Source: Eledone cirrhosa
Taxonomy: Eukaryota
Direction of reading: 5' to 3'
NCBI GenBank assembly: GCA_964016885.1
Contig: OZ024743.1
Coordinates: 264,802,001 to 264,866,000 of the forward strand
Length of the DNA: 64,000 bases
Below are positions 41,290 through 55,495 of this stretch, piece by piece (position 1 is the first letter of the stretch; every line of letters starts with the position of its first letter). The notes below the pieces were generated by a model. That model did not search any database, was not told the origin of the DNA, and saw only the letters and a program-made list of their open reading frames with translations. Position numbers and translations under genes: made by a program.

Positions 41290-41455
41290 AGTTGCAGACT
41301 GCGCATCAACATGTCATATCTTTCTCCACAAAGCTCGATCACTAGCAGAGTTCAAAGAGCAAAGATCAAGTCCAGTCCATAAGTTGACATTGTCAAGCCA
41401 TCTTTTTTGGGTGCCGGCCTCTGCTTCTCTTACCAGCCAACCTTCCTTCCAGGCA
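41290..41455 (-). mobile_element. Short RTE-type LINE 3' fragment
   Basis: Minus-strand translation GRLAGKRSRGRHPK(R)WLDNVNLWTGL. Confidence 0.5.
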
Positions 41456-41462
41456 TAAACTA

Positions 41463-41610
<148 letters not shown>

Positions 41611-42398
41611 CGTGTGTGTGAGTGTGTGTGTATGTGTGTGTGTGTGTATGTGTGCGAGTCATGTCGCTCTTCAGTGTTACGAATAACATGTAACCCAGTA
41701 GAACTTAAGCGCAGTCGGTGATAACGCCGACAACACCACCAAGACTGCTGGGTGAGGAGGGTGACTTTGGACACTGTGAAATGAAAACCGACCCGTCAAA
41801 GGGAGGAGGAACACAGGGGAGTCAACGGCCATCCAACAAAATATGTACATATGTATATATGATTTTCCTTAATGTATATATTTTTAGTTATAAATATATT
41901 TTAATCAATTTCATCTTTTAACTTTTTTTATGTCGAGGTGCAGTGCAGTGATCGATTCGTTCTCTTCATTAAGACATCTATCTAGCAAAAGGTTACTCTC
42001 ATGTAAAACCTGTGACTTCGTTTACATCCGAAGATGTTGACCAGTTCTACTTTTCGGGGTAAATGCATTCGATGTTCAGAGAGTAGGATTGGAATAAGCT
42101 TCAAGTACAGGTATCGCTTGATAGGTGACAGGTTTCCGCGTTGCATGGCATGGTTGGACGTAGATAAAAAAAGCAATAGCATATAATGCTGAGATCTAAT
42201 AACTTTCAGGCCAATGCTAATAAGAGACCCGTAACGGCTAGTGAAACAGTTTGGCCTGGCAGGTGTTCCAGGGCACTGAGGCTGGGTCCAGTCTGCCATG
42301 TAGGTCTTCCACATACAAAGCAAACACTCCAACCCCGTATATATATATATATATATATATATAGAACACTGGAAGGTAATATCCGTAGTGGCAGAGTA

Positions 42399-42442
42399 CT
42401 CAGTCGTAATGGACATGGTTAACCATGTCCATTACGACTGAG
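42399..42442. repeat. 44-bp perfect palindrome overlapping a hammerhead-like motif
   Basis: ctcagtcgtaatggacatggtt|aaccatgtccattacgactgag. Confidence 0.95.
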
Positions 42443-42471
42443 GATCCACTAAGGTGAAACAATTGTTCTCG
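42435..42471 (+). ncRNA. Type I hammerhead-like motif (family D)
   Basis: cga-CTGAGGA-t-cc-actaa-gg-t-GAAA-caattg-TT-c-tcg; palindromic stem III; one extra base at the cleavage site. Confidence 0.6.
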
Positions 42472-42574
42472 GTATGGTGAACTAACTGTTGTGTAACCAC
42501 TCCTATATATATATATATATATACGTATATGAGTGTCGGTTGAAAAGTTCATAAGCTGGCAATGAAGGATGATG

Positions 42575-42613
<39 letters not shown>

Positions 42614-42639
42614 GGGGGGGGGGTATATGTGTGTGTATA

Positions 42640-43245
42640 AATATATTCTTATACTTTGGGAGATCCATACTGCTAATACAAAAACACACACACCGGTTGG
42701 TTCTCACTTCAATTTATTATAAATTTCCGGTTGGTTGGTTTAATACAGGATGTGTGTTTATATATTGTCAAAGCTCGTTCGCCTCACATTCTGTGAACTC
42801 CTCAGTGACTTATTTCTTATTTTCTGTCTTTGTTCCATCCTACACCATCTTAGTTTTGTGTGTTCTGTGCTGTGTAATCTGCGCATGCGTTATATCCAGT
42901 GTGTTTTTTTTATTATTATTTATGTTTATTTCCTTATCCCTAGTTGGTTGTTTGTTCTATATGTGTGTGTCTGGTTTGTTTTATTAGTTCGGCTCTTGTG
43001 TGAATATGTATGTCTTCATCCTGTACTTTTTTACTAGTTGTGATGTTGATGCTATTCCACTCATGTTTTCTATTTAATTCTGGTTGGAGTTCGTTAATGT
43101 TTATCACTTCTGTAATTTGTCGAAGCAATGCGTCTTTTTTGTGTGTGATTATAATTGTTATCTCTATGTTCTCTAATGTGCCCCTATATTCTATTTTCGC
43201 ATGTTGGTAGAGTACTGATTAGTTTTTCCCATCTTGGAGTTCTAT
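42640..43245 (-). mobile_element. PLE 3' end: GIY-YIG C-terminus, 3' UTR, degenerate HHR (42767-42809; family C)
   Basis: ORF 42940-43128 LRQITEVININELQPELNRKHEW; gtca-CTGAGGA-gttcacagaatgtgaggc-GAAC-gagc-TT-tgac. Confidence 0.75.
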
Positions 43246-43264
43246 AAATATAGATAGATATGTA

Positions 43265-43831
43265 CACGGGTTGGAAAAAATAATGGAAACACCTAGGATC
43301 ATAGTATCATCATTTTGAAATATCTATAAAACCGTCAAAAGCTTGTTTATTTTTATTGTTCTCGAGGTGGTCATTAAGCTCTGCAGTAATTTTGGGAGCT
43401 GTACTTTTGTGATCCTTTCTAACAATTCGCGTAAGAGTCCGACGGTCCCTATCTGAAAGTTTTGGTTTTCTTCCGGAGTTTTGTTTCGAGGAGGAGGTTT
43501 TTCCCTCTTTCTCAAAGGCTGACATTACTTTCAAGTCAGTACCTCTTGATACACCAAACATTCCGGCTGTTTTCGTTACGCTAGCGCCTGCCATACGAGC
43601 ATCAACAATTTGATCTCTTTGAAAGTCCGATGGATCTGTCATTTTAATGAATTTTAATTACCTTTTTCTGATGATATCTGAAAAGAAACAGCAATTTTAA
43701 CAAAACATATTAAGCAACACTAATAATAAATAAAAAAACATAAAAATAAACAAGCTTTTGACGGTTTTAAAGATATTTCAAAATTATGATGCTATGATGC
43801 TAGGTGTTTCCATTATTTTGTCTAACCCCTG
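43265..43831 (-). mobile_element. Internally deleted Tc1-family DNA transposon (transposase N-terminal HTH only)
   Basis: ~90-bp TIRs (ca(c/g)gggttggaaaaaataatggaaacaccta...), TA at left end; ORF 43310-43642 SDFQRDQIV...FGVSRGT...SGRKPKLSDRDRRTL. Confidence 0.9.
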
Positions 43832-43887
43832 TGTATGTGTGTGTATGTGTGTGTGTATGTGTGTGTGTATGTCTTTGTGTGCATGAG

Positions 43888-43952
<65 letters not shown>

Positions 43953-44744
43953 GCGCGCGTGGGTGTGTGTTTCTTTATGTACGTGTGCATGTGATCTCAT
44001 GTATGAGCACATCGGATAAAAAAATAGTCGATATAACAATACACCGAAGAAAAATACTTTGTGTTATATATTCCGCACGATGAAGTTGCACAGACATCAT
44101 TTCATCATACGCACCATCAGAAATACAGTGAATTGGCCTGTTGCCAACCTATAACCAAAGATGTTATTTAAATGAAAATATGTATCATCTAAAGTAAATA
44201 ATGGGAAAATGTTTCTCTTTCTTTTTCTTCGTCACACCGCTTCACCGAATATTGAGCAAATGTTTGAGAGATAGATAAAATCCCATTGCCTCACATACTT
44301 CCGATCTTAATAAATCGACGACCAGTCTAGAATGGAGCGTTTGCAAAAGTGTTAGAACTTCAGGCATGTGACTTGTGTTAAACGTTCCGGATCTTTCCGT
44401 TCCGAGTCTAAAACACACCAAATTAACGATAACGGGAGGTTGTTACGCTTTCACTTGTGCAACCTATTCATTCGGAAATTAGTTAACATACAGGTAGGTT
44501 AATAATCATCATAAATGATCCAAGAATGAGGACACGATATCCATTGAAAAGAAGGGAAACAGACACGATGTTGACGAACCTACAATTATACCAATTTCAA
44601 GGTCTTGCACGTGTACCATCATTTAGAATCTGTAAAATGTCCAAAACAGTTTACACACGCATATATATAAATATGTCTACATACATACACGCAGATACAT
44701 GCATACACGCAGATACATACATACACACAGACACATACATACAC

Positions 44745-44854
<110 letters not shown>

Positions 44855-44918
44855 GTTTTTAAAAAGTATACAGAGAACAAAAAACAGAAAAACGAAGAGC
44901 AGTACAAATGATATTATT

Positions 44919-45105
44919 GGTGGTTTGGCTGCATCGGTAGAGGGTCGGACAACAGGCTTTGTAGCACATAGTTACGCCCCTTTCTTATCTGAGTTCAAAT
45001 CCTGCAAAGGGTAACTTTGCCTTTCATCCTTACAGGGTCAATAAAATAAAGTACCAGTAATGCACTGGCATAATTGCTGGCCTTGTGCCAAAAGTAGAAA
45101 CAATT
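44919..45105 (+). mobile_element. tRNA-derived SINE
   Basis: Family head, core and tail. Confidence 0.85.
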
Positions 45106-45109
45106 ATTA

Positions 45110-46144
45110 GTTTCACGCTTGAGAGTGGGGCATGGGGGAGCGACGTTTCGGGCATATCATAATCTATAACGCTCAGTGTGCGGTCATGCTCCTTCGTTAT
45201 AGAAATCTACGATATAGAATTTCTTCAATTGAAATTTACAATTCAGTATCCGAAATAGTTTCGATCGCGTCTTGACGCAGATAATTTTTTCAATTTCACC
45301 CACAATTACGCAAAAAATAGATAAAACTCAATATTCTACGATTTTTCTCTCTCATTTAAACTGCTGAAACCTTTCTACTACCATTCAAAATCTATACAAC
45401 TTCATACTTTCTGCTACTTTCTCTTTCCAAGCTTGATGGTGATACTGTCCGTTCACACCACTCCCTACTGTCTTAAATTTAGAAAACACATATCCTCTAT
45501 GAGGTTACTAAACCTGCTAGAAACAGCAGCTAACTCTCCCCCATATCACACCCCTCCCACTGTCTTAAAATTAGAAAACATATCCTCTATGAGGTCACTA
45601 AACCTGCTAGAAACAGTAGCTAACTCTCCCCCATATCACACCACTCCCTACTGTCTTAAATTTAGAAAACACATATCCTCTATGAGGTCACTAAACCTGC
45701 TAGAAACAGCAGCTAACTCTCCCCCATATCACACCACTCCCTACTGTCTTAAATTTAGAAAACACATATCCTCTATGAGGTAACTAAACCTGTTAGAAAC
45801 ACCAGCTAACTCTCCCTCATATCACAACCCTCCATACTGTCTTAAATTTAGAAAACACACAGACAACCATGCATAACAACTCCATCGCAGCTCTGTTGTT
45901 CGGGTGGCATCGTCTACGCGCGTGTTGCGCAAGTACTGTGAAACAATAAATTTCAACACTTTTTTGCACAGAGATAATATCCATAGGCGAAACTACAATT
46001 GTCACTGCTGGCGCAGCTCATGCTTCCAGGTCTGCAATTCATTCACCCAGTGCCTGGCAGACAAAAAAGTGCGGCCATAAAATGGGTGGTGAAACCTAAC
46101 TTTGGTAACTTAATGACCTCGAGCAACGCCGGGCTTTAATGCTA

Positions 46145-46146
<2 letters not shown>
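45110..46146 (+). mobile_element. Probable non-autonomous Helitron containing the minisatellite (5' end uncertain)
   Basis: Helitron-type 3' end ctcgagcaacgccgggc...gCTAG|t at 46118-46146. Confidence 0.5.
45454..45859. repeat. Minisatellite, ~93-bp unit x ~4.4
   Basis: Units start at 45454, 45547, 45637, 45730 and 45823. Confidence 0.92.
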
Positions 46147-46216
<70 letters not shown>

Positions 46217-46689
46217 TGATCTGCTAGAAAGCGAGTAGCATGGTTCGGATAGCGATGCGGCCACCAGATATGATATGTTGCAATATAACCCGGCTTCTGC
46301 CGGAGGAGTAAATAATCCGAACCAACAATGGTCAGCTACCAACAAAGGGGGACACTGTTAGCTCTTCAAGAAACCTCGCACACCTCAGTTGTGTAGCTAC
46401 AAAGCGGAGCGGAAAACTACGGCTGAAATGGCCGAGACATCGCGGGTCACCTAAAAGACCCAAATTGGTGACTGGTCCGAATTAGACCACCAAAAAACTG
46501 CAATATAGCCAGAACCAGTAACATCATTCACACCGCATCGTTCTTCGCGCGAGATATAAAGGGACACATTCAGGCCTTATATGAAGATACCTGTTCGAAA
46601 AATGTACTAGTCTTCACCCAACGCTGCAAAAACTGGGCCTGTCACTAGTCAAGTAACTTACTCTAAAGAGCCATTTCGGCCGCTTGTAT

Positions 46690-47150
46690 CTGCCAGGCCC
46701 AGCTCGACATCGGGAACAAAATGGGAAGTGCTGGTAAATAAGAAAATCAGGATTAAGTATTCTGATTCTATTGTATCCAAATTCAGAGAACTTTCAGAGC
46801 AAACTGAAGACATTGAAATGACGTGTGGCCTGTTTAGTTCGGCATTTTCTACTTCAGCTATGGTGTGACATCTAGTCACAGGAGCACACATTTGGTTCGA
46901 TGAAGTGGTAAAAAATACCATAAGGGCAAAGAAAAGGATTTACAAAGCTTGGATTAGAATTAAGTCCTCCATCTTGCAGTACATGCAGGCGCAAAAAGTT
47001 GCAGCAGAGATAGTAAAATCGATCAATGATAAGAAATGGGAGATCTTTGTGTTTGAACTGGAATCCAATTTTTTATCAGCAAATTGCTCTGGTAAATTAT
47101 CCGCCGACATCATAATAAGAAAGCCTCCTCCGTCTTCTATCAGGAACGAG
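46690..47150 (+). mobile_element. Highly decayed LINE ORF2 linker fragment (RTE-like)
   Basis: WFDEVVKNTIRAKKRIYKAW...AAEIVK...WEIF..ELESNF. Confidence 0.45.
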
Positions 47151-47341
47151 CCTTGATGTTTCCTTCTTTTAGAGAGGTACACCCTCACGGGGTGGGACGA
47201 ATACGGAAATGGGGTTAAAATCTCACAGTATATAATCGGTGGAGAGATTTTCTCACAGGAACCGCTGAAAGGCGTGCTTGTCGGGTGTTCTCCGACGACC
47301 AACCGAGGTATGAGACGGCGAAGAAATGTTTATATATACAC

Positions 47342-47435
<94 letters not shown>

Positions 47436-47586
47436 GGTTCTACAATAAATTAGCAAACCATCTTCTGGTATATTTTCCAAATTTGTTGTGGATCTAACTC
47501 CATACCAAACTCGTCCTTTGGACTGAGTGGTCTATTTACTATGGATATAATCTCCCGGCTTTTTACAAATATATATATATATATAT

Positions 47587-47699
<113 letters not shown>

Positions 47700-50339
47700 C
47701 ATATATATATATGTACATATATATACGGACATTATAATTAGGGAAGCAGACAAGGGAGGTACTGTTGTCATTATGGATACTGAAAAATATAAAAATTCTA
47801 TGTTCTCTCTCTTACAAAATGCTAATTACTATGAAAGAGTAAAAAACTACCACCAATCAAAAACAATGACCAGATTAAACACACTGATTTGTTGATACCA
47901 GGAAGCCTTAACTAAAAAGGAACGCGATTATTTAACACATTTTGAATAAAAAACCAGCAGCCTTTACGGAGTTCCGAAGATCCACAAGTGTAAAATAATT
48001 AACGATGCCTGTAAACAATCCACCTCAGCCTGCGTGAACTCACAATACCCACACAGACTTGAAATTAAGACCATTTGTAGCGGGCCCACAATGTGAAACA
48101 GACAGACTGAGCAACTCTATAGACATACTACTAAAACCATTTCTCAAACACATACCAAGCCTTGTAAGAGACGATCTATACCTCTTAAACCACCTCCCCA
48201 AACATGTCAACAATGACACTATTATTGTGTCTTTCGATGTAGTGAATCTCTACACAACGATCCCACACCAATGCGGACTAGACGCAATAGGATTCCGGCT
48301 AGAGAAATATCCCAATGAGATACCTGGCAGAATAGAAAAAAGCTTCATCACCGAGGGATTAAAATTTATCTTACAGAACAACTTTTTTGATTTCAATGGC
48401 AGTACTTACAAGCAAATATCGGGGACTGCGATGGGTACAAAATCCGCTCCAACTTATGCCTACTTAGTCATGGCATACTTAGATGTCCAGATATATGAAC
48501 AGTCCAAATCAAAATATGGATTGAACTTCCACAAATATTTATCAGAGAATTGGAAACGCTACTTGGATGATTGTCTCATTATTTGATCGCCACACACTCG
48601 ACCAACTGAAGGATTTCAAAAACTTAATAAACGGCATCAATAACCACATCCAATTCACAATGGAATACAACCATGATCAACTCCCATTTCTGGACATCTT
48701 AATCTTAAAAAAAGACACAAATATTGAAACTGACATACACTACAAACCAACAGATTCCAAACAATACCTGTTATTCACCTCCAACCATCCAACGCACACG
48801 ACGACGAACATTCCTTTTAACCTAGCAAGAAGATTTTGCACAATTGTCTCCAATTATGAAACGCGAAATAAAAGACTTCAAGAATTAAAGGAAATTCTAC
48901 TCGAAAGAGAGTACCCACCATTACTAATAAATAATGGAATAGAAAGGGCTAAAGCAATAGACATTGATGAATTACGAAAACAGAAACAAATTCAAAGTAC
49001 GTCCAATATTCTATCATATATCTCAACACGCAACCCAATAAATGCGGAAGCTTACAACACTATTCACAAGAACATCTCACTACTAAAACTAGACCCAAGA
49101 ATGAAAAAAGCCCTTGAAACATACAAAATAATCAAAAGCAAAAGACAACCGAAATCACTGAAAACATTACTCACCAATGCCAAATTACGTACCACAAACC
49201 CAAAACAAACTGTCAAAAAATGTGGTCGCTTTAATTGTGGAACCTGCACTCACCTCATTGAAGGAAACACGTATATATTTAAATCAGGACAACATTTTGC
49301 TGTAAAAATTCACTTCACTTACTCATCAAAAAATCTGCTTTATGCCATTGAATGTAAAGGATGCAATGAAGATTATATAAAACAAACTAAACTCACACTC
49401 AGAAACAGAATGACAGTTCATCGCCAACAATTACGAGATCCAAACACGAGACAGATACCACTGAGCGCACATCTAGACATATGGGCAAGTAATAAGACAC
49501 CCAAATTCCAAGTCTTCCCATTTTACCTTTGCGCTGACAATACAACAGAACAAATACGAATAAATAAGGAAAATATGTTTATTCAAAAATATAGACCAGC
49601 ATTAAATATGGTTTAATATACATTATATCAACACCATAACATGCTAACCATCCAAACAGACACATACACACACACATCACACCTGCTACTTTAGAAAATA
49701 AAAACCCCGAACTAAATAAACCTTAACATACTTTTGCGCTGACAATACAACAGAACAAATACGAATAAGTAAGGAAAATATGTTCATTCAAAAATATTCC
49801 TACTAACGGAATCATTTTCCTACACACACACACAATATATGTATTTTCTCTTCATCTTAACATGCTAACCATACTCCAACAGACACATACCACCCCCACC
49901 CTCACACACACAACTCCCTCCCGCATTTCTACTAATATAATCACTTTCCTACACATATAAACACACACACAAAATATATATATTCTCTCCATCTTAACAT
50001 ACTCCCCCCCCCCACACACATAACACCCATACACACACACACACCTCCCTCCCCCATTACTACTAATAGAATCATCTTCCTATACACACACACACACACA
50101 TACACACACACATCACACAAATAAACATACATATCTTTACTTTCTTTATTTCAATAGAAAATCTGAATTCTGACACCCCAGCGAACTAACCATATTCTCT
50201 GAACCAGAACAATTCTCCCACCCCATTTCTCTTGACCATTATCTTTTGCGTGTCATAAAATTCTTTAAAAAGGCTACAGAATAAATTTCCAAATACGGGC
50301 ACGAAATTTAATAAAAACTTGTTCACGTGATAGCCATAA

Positions 50340-50580
50340 TTTCATTTATAACCAATCAAATTACGTTTATTAAAAAAAAAGCCTTCGTGAGCCCCCCTTT
50401 TTTTAAGTTAAAAGAAATTCAGACACACATATATGAAAAAACAACCTGAGCCCCCTCTCCCCTTGTTTGAAGAACTTTGTATCGCGAACTGGCGCGAAAT
50501 TTATTATAATTATTGACCAATCAATCAAATTACTTCTCTAAAATCCTGGCGTTTCGAGCCTCTTTTTTCCATATAAAACA
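50340..50580 (+). promoter_or_regulatory. Putative PLE terminal-repeat promoter: two CCAAT boxes (~50352, ~50517) and TATAAAA (50572-50578)
   Basis: Motifs seen directly; short copies elsewhere start about 35 nt downstream of the TATA. Confidence 0.45.
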
Positions 50581-50639
50581 AGTAACATTCAAAGACCAAC
50601 CAGATTTGAGAAAAACCACCGACCCTCCATCTCTACTCT

Positions 50640-50677
50640 ACTTTTGAAAAGCAGAAGAACTGCGAAACCGGTAAAGG
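50640..50677 (+). ncRNA. Type I hammerhead motif, U3-A8 variant (family B), in the PLE terminal repeat
   Basis: ctt-TTGAAAA-gcag-aagaa-ctgc-GAAA-ccgg-TA-aag. Confidence 0.75.
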
Positions 50678-50808
50678 AACCAAATAAATATATATATATT
50701 TTTTTAAATAAGACTCCAGTTGCATTTTCGATTTCATCTTTTTTTCTTTATACTTTCACTCGTGTAGGACACCTCGGTTATTTTTCATTTTGTAAAAAAA
50801 CCTCACTT

Positions 50809-50848
<40 letters not shown>

Positions 50849-51037
50849 TGTTTTTTCTCATTGATTGATTGGTGCTACATTCTGCTACTCAATGTAGGAA
50901 AAAGGAAGAGGATATAACTTACTAGGAGCTCTAGATCCTTGAATCTTTAATATTTTCTAATATATAGATCAGCTTTAGTACTCAGATGCAGTGACACACA
51001 CACACTCATGCACAGACGCATATGTATAGACGTATGC

Positions 51038-51079
<42 letters not shown>

Positions 51080-51096
51080 AAAAATATATAAATATA

Positions 51097-51180
<84 letters not shown>

Positions 51181-51266
51181 ATATACACACATATTATATA
51201 TATAATACTATATCATATATATATATATACACGAAATATATATATAGATATATATAGATATATGTG

Positions 51267-51362
<96 letters not shown>

Positions 51363-51605
51363 TATATGTATATCTGTGTGGGCATCTGTTTCAATCATAC
51401 TTGATATAAGTGATATGCAATTCCATGGTCTGTTAATATTTATACACAAACGGGAATACCCACCGACGCACACACATGCCCCCCCCCCCTCAACACACAC
51501 ACACGCACACACACACACACACATATATATATAAGTATACACATATATATTATATTATATTAAACAATATCATATGTATATATATATATATGCATGTGTG
51601 TGTAG

Positions 51606-51677
<72 letters not shown>

Positions 51678-52884
51678 ATGTATATACATCAACACGAAAT
51701 AAGAAAGCTTCAAGTTTAACGAACAATATAATCTAAATCGTGTTTTTCAACTTTCAGCTGCATTGCCACTAACCACTTAGCTCAATCTTGCAAAACTTGG
51801 ATTCAACCCAAAATCTGAATAATTTAATATGATTCAAGTAGATATTGCAAATGCAGGCAGCCGAGTGTCTGTATATCTTATGGCAATTACAAGGGAATTA
51901 TAATAGCCGTAATATATATACATATATTTGCTCCACTGAGCCTGGCAGCAGACAGCAGATATATTGAATTTGTATATTCCCCTGATATTATATACGTACA
52001 TTCCCATACATACATAGATGCATACATGCATACGTACATTAGTACGTTAGTGCGCATATACATACACTCACACTTACACATATAGTATTTCTATATTGTA
52101 TTTGTATGTGTGTATATATATACATGCGTATCCACATATATCCATATGCGTATCCACATATATATTTATATACACACACGCCATCATATATATATATATG
52201 TGTGTGTGTGTGATATATGCATGCACACATACAAACGCAAAGACACGTAATTTTTCTATAATTACTAGTTTATTTTATTTATATCTATTTTTTTCCTGTG
52301 ATATCTCTTTGAACTGGCATCCATTGATTTTGGTACTCATATCTTGGGTAGAAGTAAGAGAAAAGCTCAATTTTGGAGACAAATTGAAATAGCATATATT
52401 TATGACCGGGTGAAATCTAATGAGATTTACGTACTTAAATTGAAATTCGGATGAAATTTATTCTCAATCAGAGAATACAGCTTTCAAAATGAACATAATT
52501 TCTGTTAAAGAAAGTAGCAATGATTATAATTAAGCCGGGCAATGTATTGGTAATAACGAAGCTGTGAATGAATCTAAATAGCATGCGATCACTCGAAAGT
52601 ATTAACAGAACTGAAATAACTTTGGTAAAAGATGTTTAATGTATGTATTTGCAAACCCTTTAAAAACTGTCAACGCCCGACGATGACAACTTTAATTTTT
52701 ACTCTACTACTGACGAAAACATTGCGAAAGACTAAATGTTAGATGTATATTTAATCAGCTATGGAAGGGAACGTGATCTTGACACGCGATTAATTGAAAG
52801 ATATAAAGTGGTGTCGATATAATAAAAAAAAATTAATACAGTGCTGTGTCACAAAATGGTTGCAATCTAACAATTGGAATTATT

Positions 52885-53450
52885 TAAAAAATACACGCAT
52901 AAATAGAAACACATACGACAAGAGTCAACTTCATTGATAGCACCTTAGACAACATTTTAAAATCTGCATTTAGTAGATTTATGGGCCTAAATTTATCGAT
53001 AAAATCCTCTTTGTTCGGGTCCTTTCTTAGCAATGCCACCGCTCCTCGTCTCACAGAACAATTCATTTTCCCGTTCAGCTGCCAGTTGCTGTAGACGTCT
53101 AACAGGATGTCGACAACAAGTCATGTATGTGAATGTAATCTCGTAGGTAGACCATACACACCGGGCGATTTACCACTCATGTAGCTGGTCATTGTCTCCC
53201 ATATTTCAGCAGCTATTTTTGGATTTTCGCAACGCTCCGCCTCAGTTACATATAGCTGTGGCAGGGCGATGATATAGGCAGTGAAGTCCATTTAACGATC
53301 CCGCCCGCCGTTTCTCATCAACACTTGGGCAAAGTGGTGCTGAAAAGCCGCGCACATCTGCTTGGGATCGAGTAACGTGCGCCCCCTGATATCGCTGTGC
53401 ATAGCAGCAATCCCTCCTTTGAAAACAGGCCCAAAGCTGGCTGCTTTGAA
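52885..53450 (-). mobile_element. Decayed, rearranged fragment of the Tx1/L1 ORF2 family
   Basis: RGAVALLRKDPNK..IDKFRPINLLN; LLDPKQMCAAFQHHFAQ; FGPVFKGGIAAMHSDI. Confidence 0.85.
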
Positions 53451-53754
53451 TCTATACGATAGGATGTATCTTATGAATAATAAACATGCTATTAATGATT
53501 CTATGGTAGAGATACGCAGTAAATAAAAGATAAAGAATAAAAGATGATAAATAATAAATGGTAGCAATACTTAAATGATAAGAGAATAAAAGAATATAGA
53601 ATATAAAATAGATGAAAGATAAGAAATTAAAGATAAAAATATATTTTTAAAAATAAGTAATAAAGAAATATATATAAGGGATCAAAATAAAATTTACGTA
53701 TAAAAATGTCCAATCTAAAAGCAAAAACCATGAAAGTAAATAAATAAAAAAATG

Positions 53755-53895
53755 GTTTCTGATTTAAGCACAAGGTCAAACATTTTTGGTGGCAGGGGAA
53801 AATTGATTAATTCGACGCCAGTGGCATTTTATTTTATAGACTCCCTAAGGATAAATGGCAAGCTAACCTCGGTGCGATTTGAAATCAGTAAATTC
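53755..53895 (-). mobile_element. Diverged partial SINE
   Basis: gcacaagg...tttattttatagactccctaaggataaatggcaag...ctcggtgcgatttgaa. Confidence 0.6.
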
Positions 53896-53899
53896 TACA

Positions 53900-54190
53900 G
53901 CGGCAACCTGGCGCAGTCTGCGATTAATCCAGGCTCTGCTGCACTTCGGGTTGAGGAGGGTAAATTCTCCAAATATCGGTCGCTCTCCGACAGGTTTACG
54001 TTGGTATCCGAAGCAGTGGAGAATTCTGGTGTCCTTGGCTCTAGCACCACCTCCCTACTCACCACCATCGGCACGGAGTTGGCTACCCACGACGTGAACC
54101 TCGCGAGCTTGAATGGCTCTTCCAACGCGTCTAACTCACAATCCTCCGGTGAAAGGCCTTGTCTATTCCGTCCGCTGGGCCTGCGGGGCG
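53900..54190 (+). mobile_element. RLE C-terminal remnant of a CRE-like non-LTR retrotransposon
   Basis: PGSAALRVEEGKFSKYRSL...AVENSGVLG..TTSLLTTIG, then in another frame RELEWLFQRV*LTILRG. Confidence 0.6.
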
Positions 54191-54471
54191 GCCAACGAGT
54201 GGAACCCCTTTTGCATATAATAGTGAGAGATGGGGAGCGCGAGAGAGGCGGAGGCAGTGACAATGGAAATTTGATTCCATTATGTTCAGACCTAATATAT
54301 ATGTATATATTTATTTACCACACCCCACATACTTAACACACTTTTAAACTTAACAATTGGTTCTAAATAACTAGTTAAGTGGAAGAAATTTACTTTTAAC
54401 ACTGTCCTTGTTACCTACCTATCTACCTACAGAAATACTTAGCTTTCTAATCCGAACCTATACCAATAAAT

Positions 54472-54680
54472 AATTGTTTTTTACTTTAGACGCAAGGCCA
54501 GTTACTTGAAAGGGAGGGGAAAGTAGATTAAAATGAGTCCAGTATGTTACTATGGCTTTTTTCATCGACCACGTAAGGATGGAAGGCAAGTACCTTGGCA
54601 GGATTTGAACTCGGAGCGTAAAGACCCGCAGCTCTATGCCACAAATTATATTTCCGATGCTCTACCGACTCTGCCAATCC
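54472..54680 (-). mobile_element. Diverged tRNA-derived SINE
   Basis: Family head and core with substitutions. Confidence 0.7.
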
Positions 54681-55313
54681 AAGGAAATAGTTAAAGTTAA
54701 CGGAGAGGGAATCGAGGTGTTAGAGTGACAGTCTGAAATGACCCAGACCGTTTCCAGACATCTTTAACCTTGCCTTAATTATTTACTATGTTTGTTACAG
54801 CTGTGTCGTCGTGAAGTTTTGAGGAACTAAAGAAAGAAAGAGACAGATAGAGGGAATGGAAAGAGGTAAGGAAGAGAGGAGAGATGAAAATATAAGATTA
54901 ATTAAGTTAATAATGTTACGGGGGAAGGAGGGCAATGGGAATATGAGGAAATTATAATTATATTATGCTAAATTAAACTAAACTCGACTTACGGCATGGA
55001 AAGTTCAAATTAAATACGGCAGTAAAAACTGAGTAGCAATATACAGGAATTCAGAGTGAATTGAGAGGAGCTATACGGAAATTTAAATCATGTATAATAT
55101 AGGTAGGAGCTACCCATGTACAATAAAGTACAGTAGCATAGGATAGAACAGACAGAGACTGGGGAGCTGTTGCACAATTTACGCAATATATAACACATAA
55201 TTCATAATATATAGAATATACAGAACATAGTAATTGAATCAAAAATTAAAATACAATTAAATAAAATGCCGTTTCAATTACAGAGCATTGGTGTAAGTAA
55301 ACATGTATAACGA

Positions 55314-55495
55314 TAATTGTTTCTACTTTTGGCACAAGGCCAGCAATTAACCCAGTGCATTACTGGTACTTTATTTTATTGGCCCCGTAAGGAGGAAAGG
55401 CAAAGTTAACCTCGGCGGGATTGGAACTCAGAACGTAAAGGGACGTAACTCTATGCTACAAAGCATGGTCTCCGACCCTCTACCGATTCTGCCAA
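55314..55495 (-). mobile_element. tRNA-derived SINE
   Basis: Family head, core and tail. Confidence 0.85.

Larger units (their letters stand above)
47731..50810 (+). mobile_element. 5'-truncated Penelope-like element: RT and GIY-YIG pseudogene (47731-49616), 3' UTR, terminal repeat with HHR
   Basis: [97 protein letters not shown]; in-frame stops and a frameshift near 48585. Confidence 0.93.

Noticed and set aside
45454-45859. Regular repeats resembling a CRISPR array
   Set aside because: Whole units repeat with no unique spacers; eukaryotic context; no cas genes
51750-51820. Acceptor-like tttcag followed by CIATNHLA (Ig-like)
   Set aside because: Stop within about 20 codons and no partner exons; likely chance
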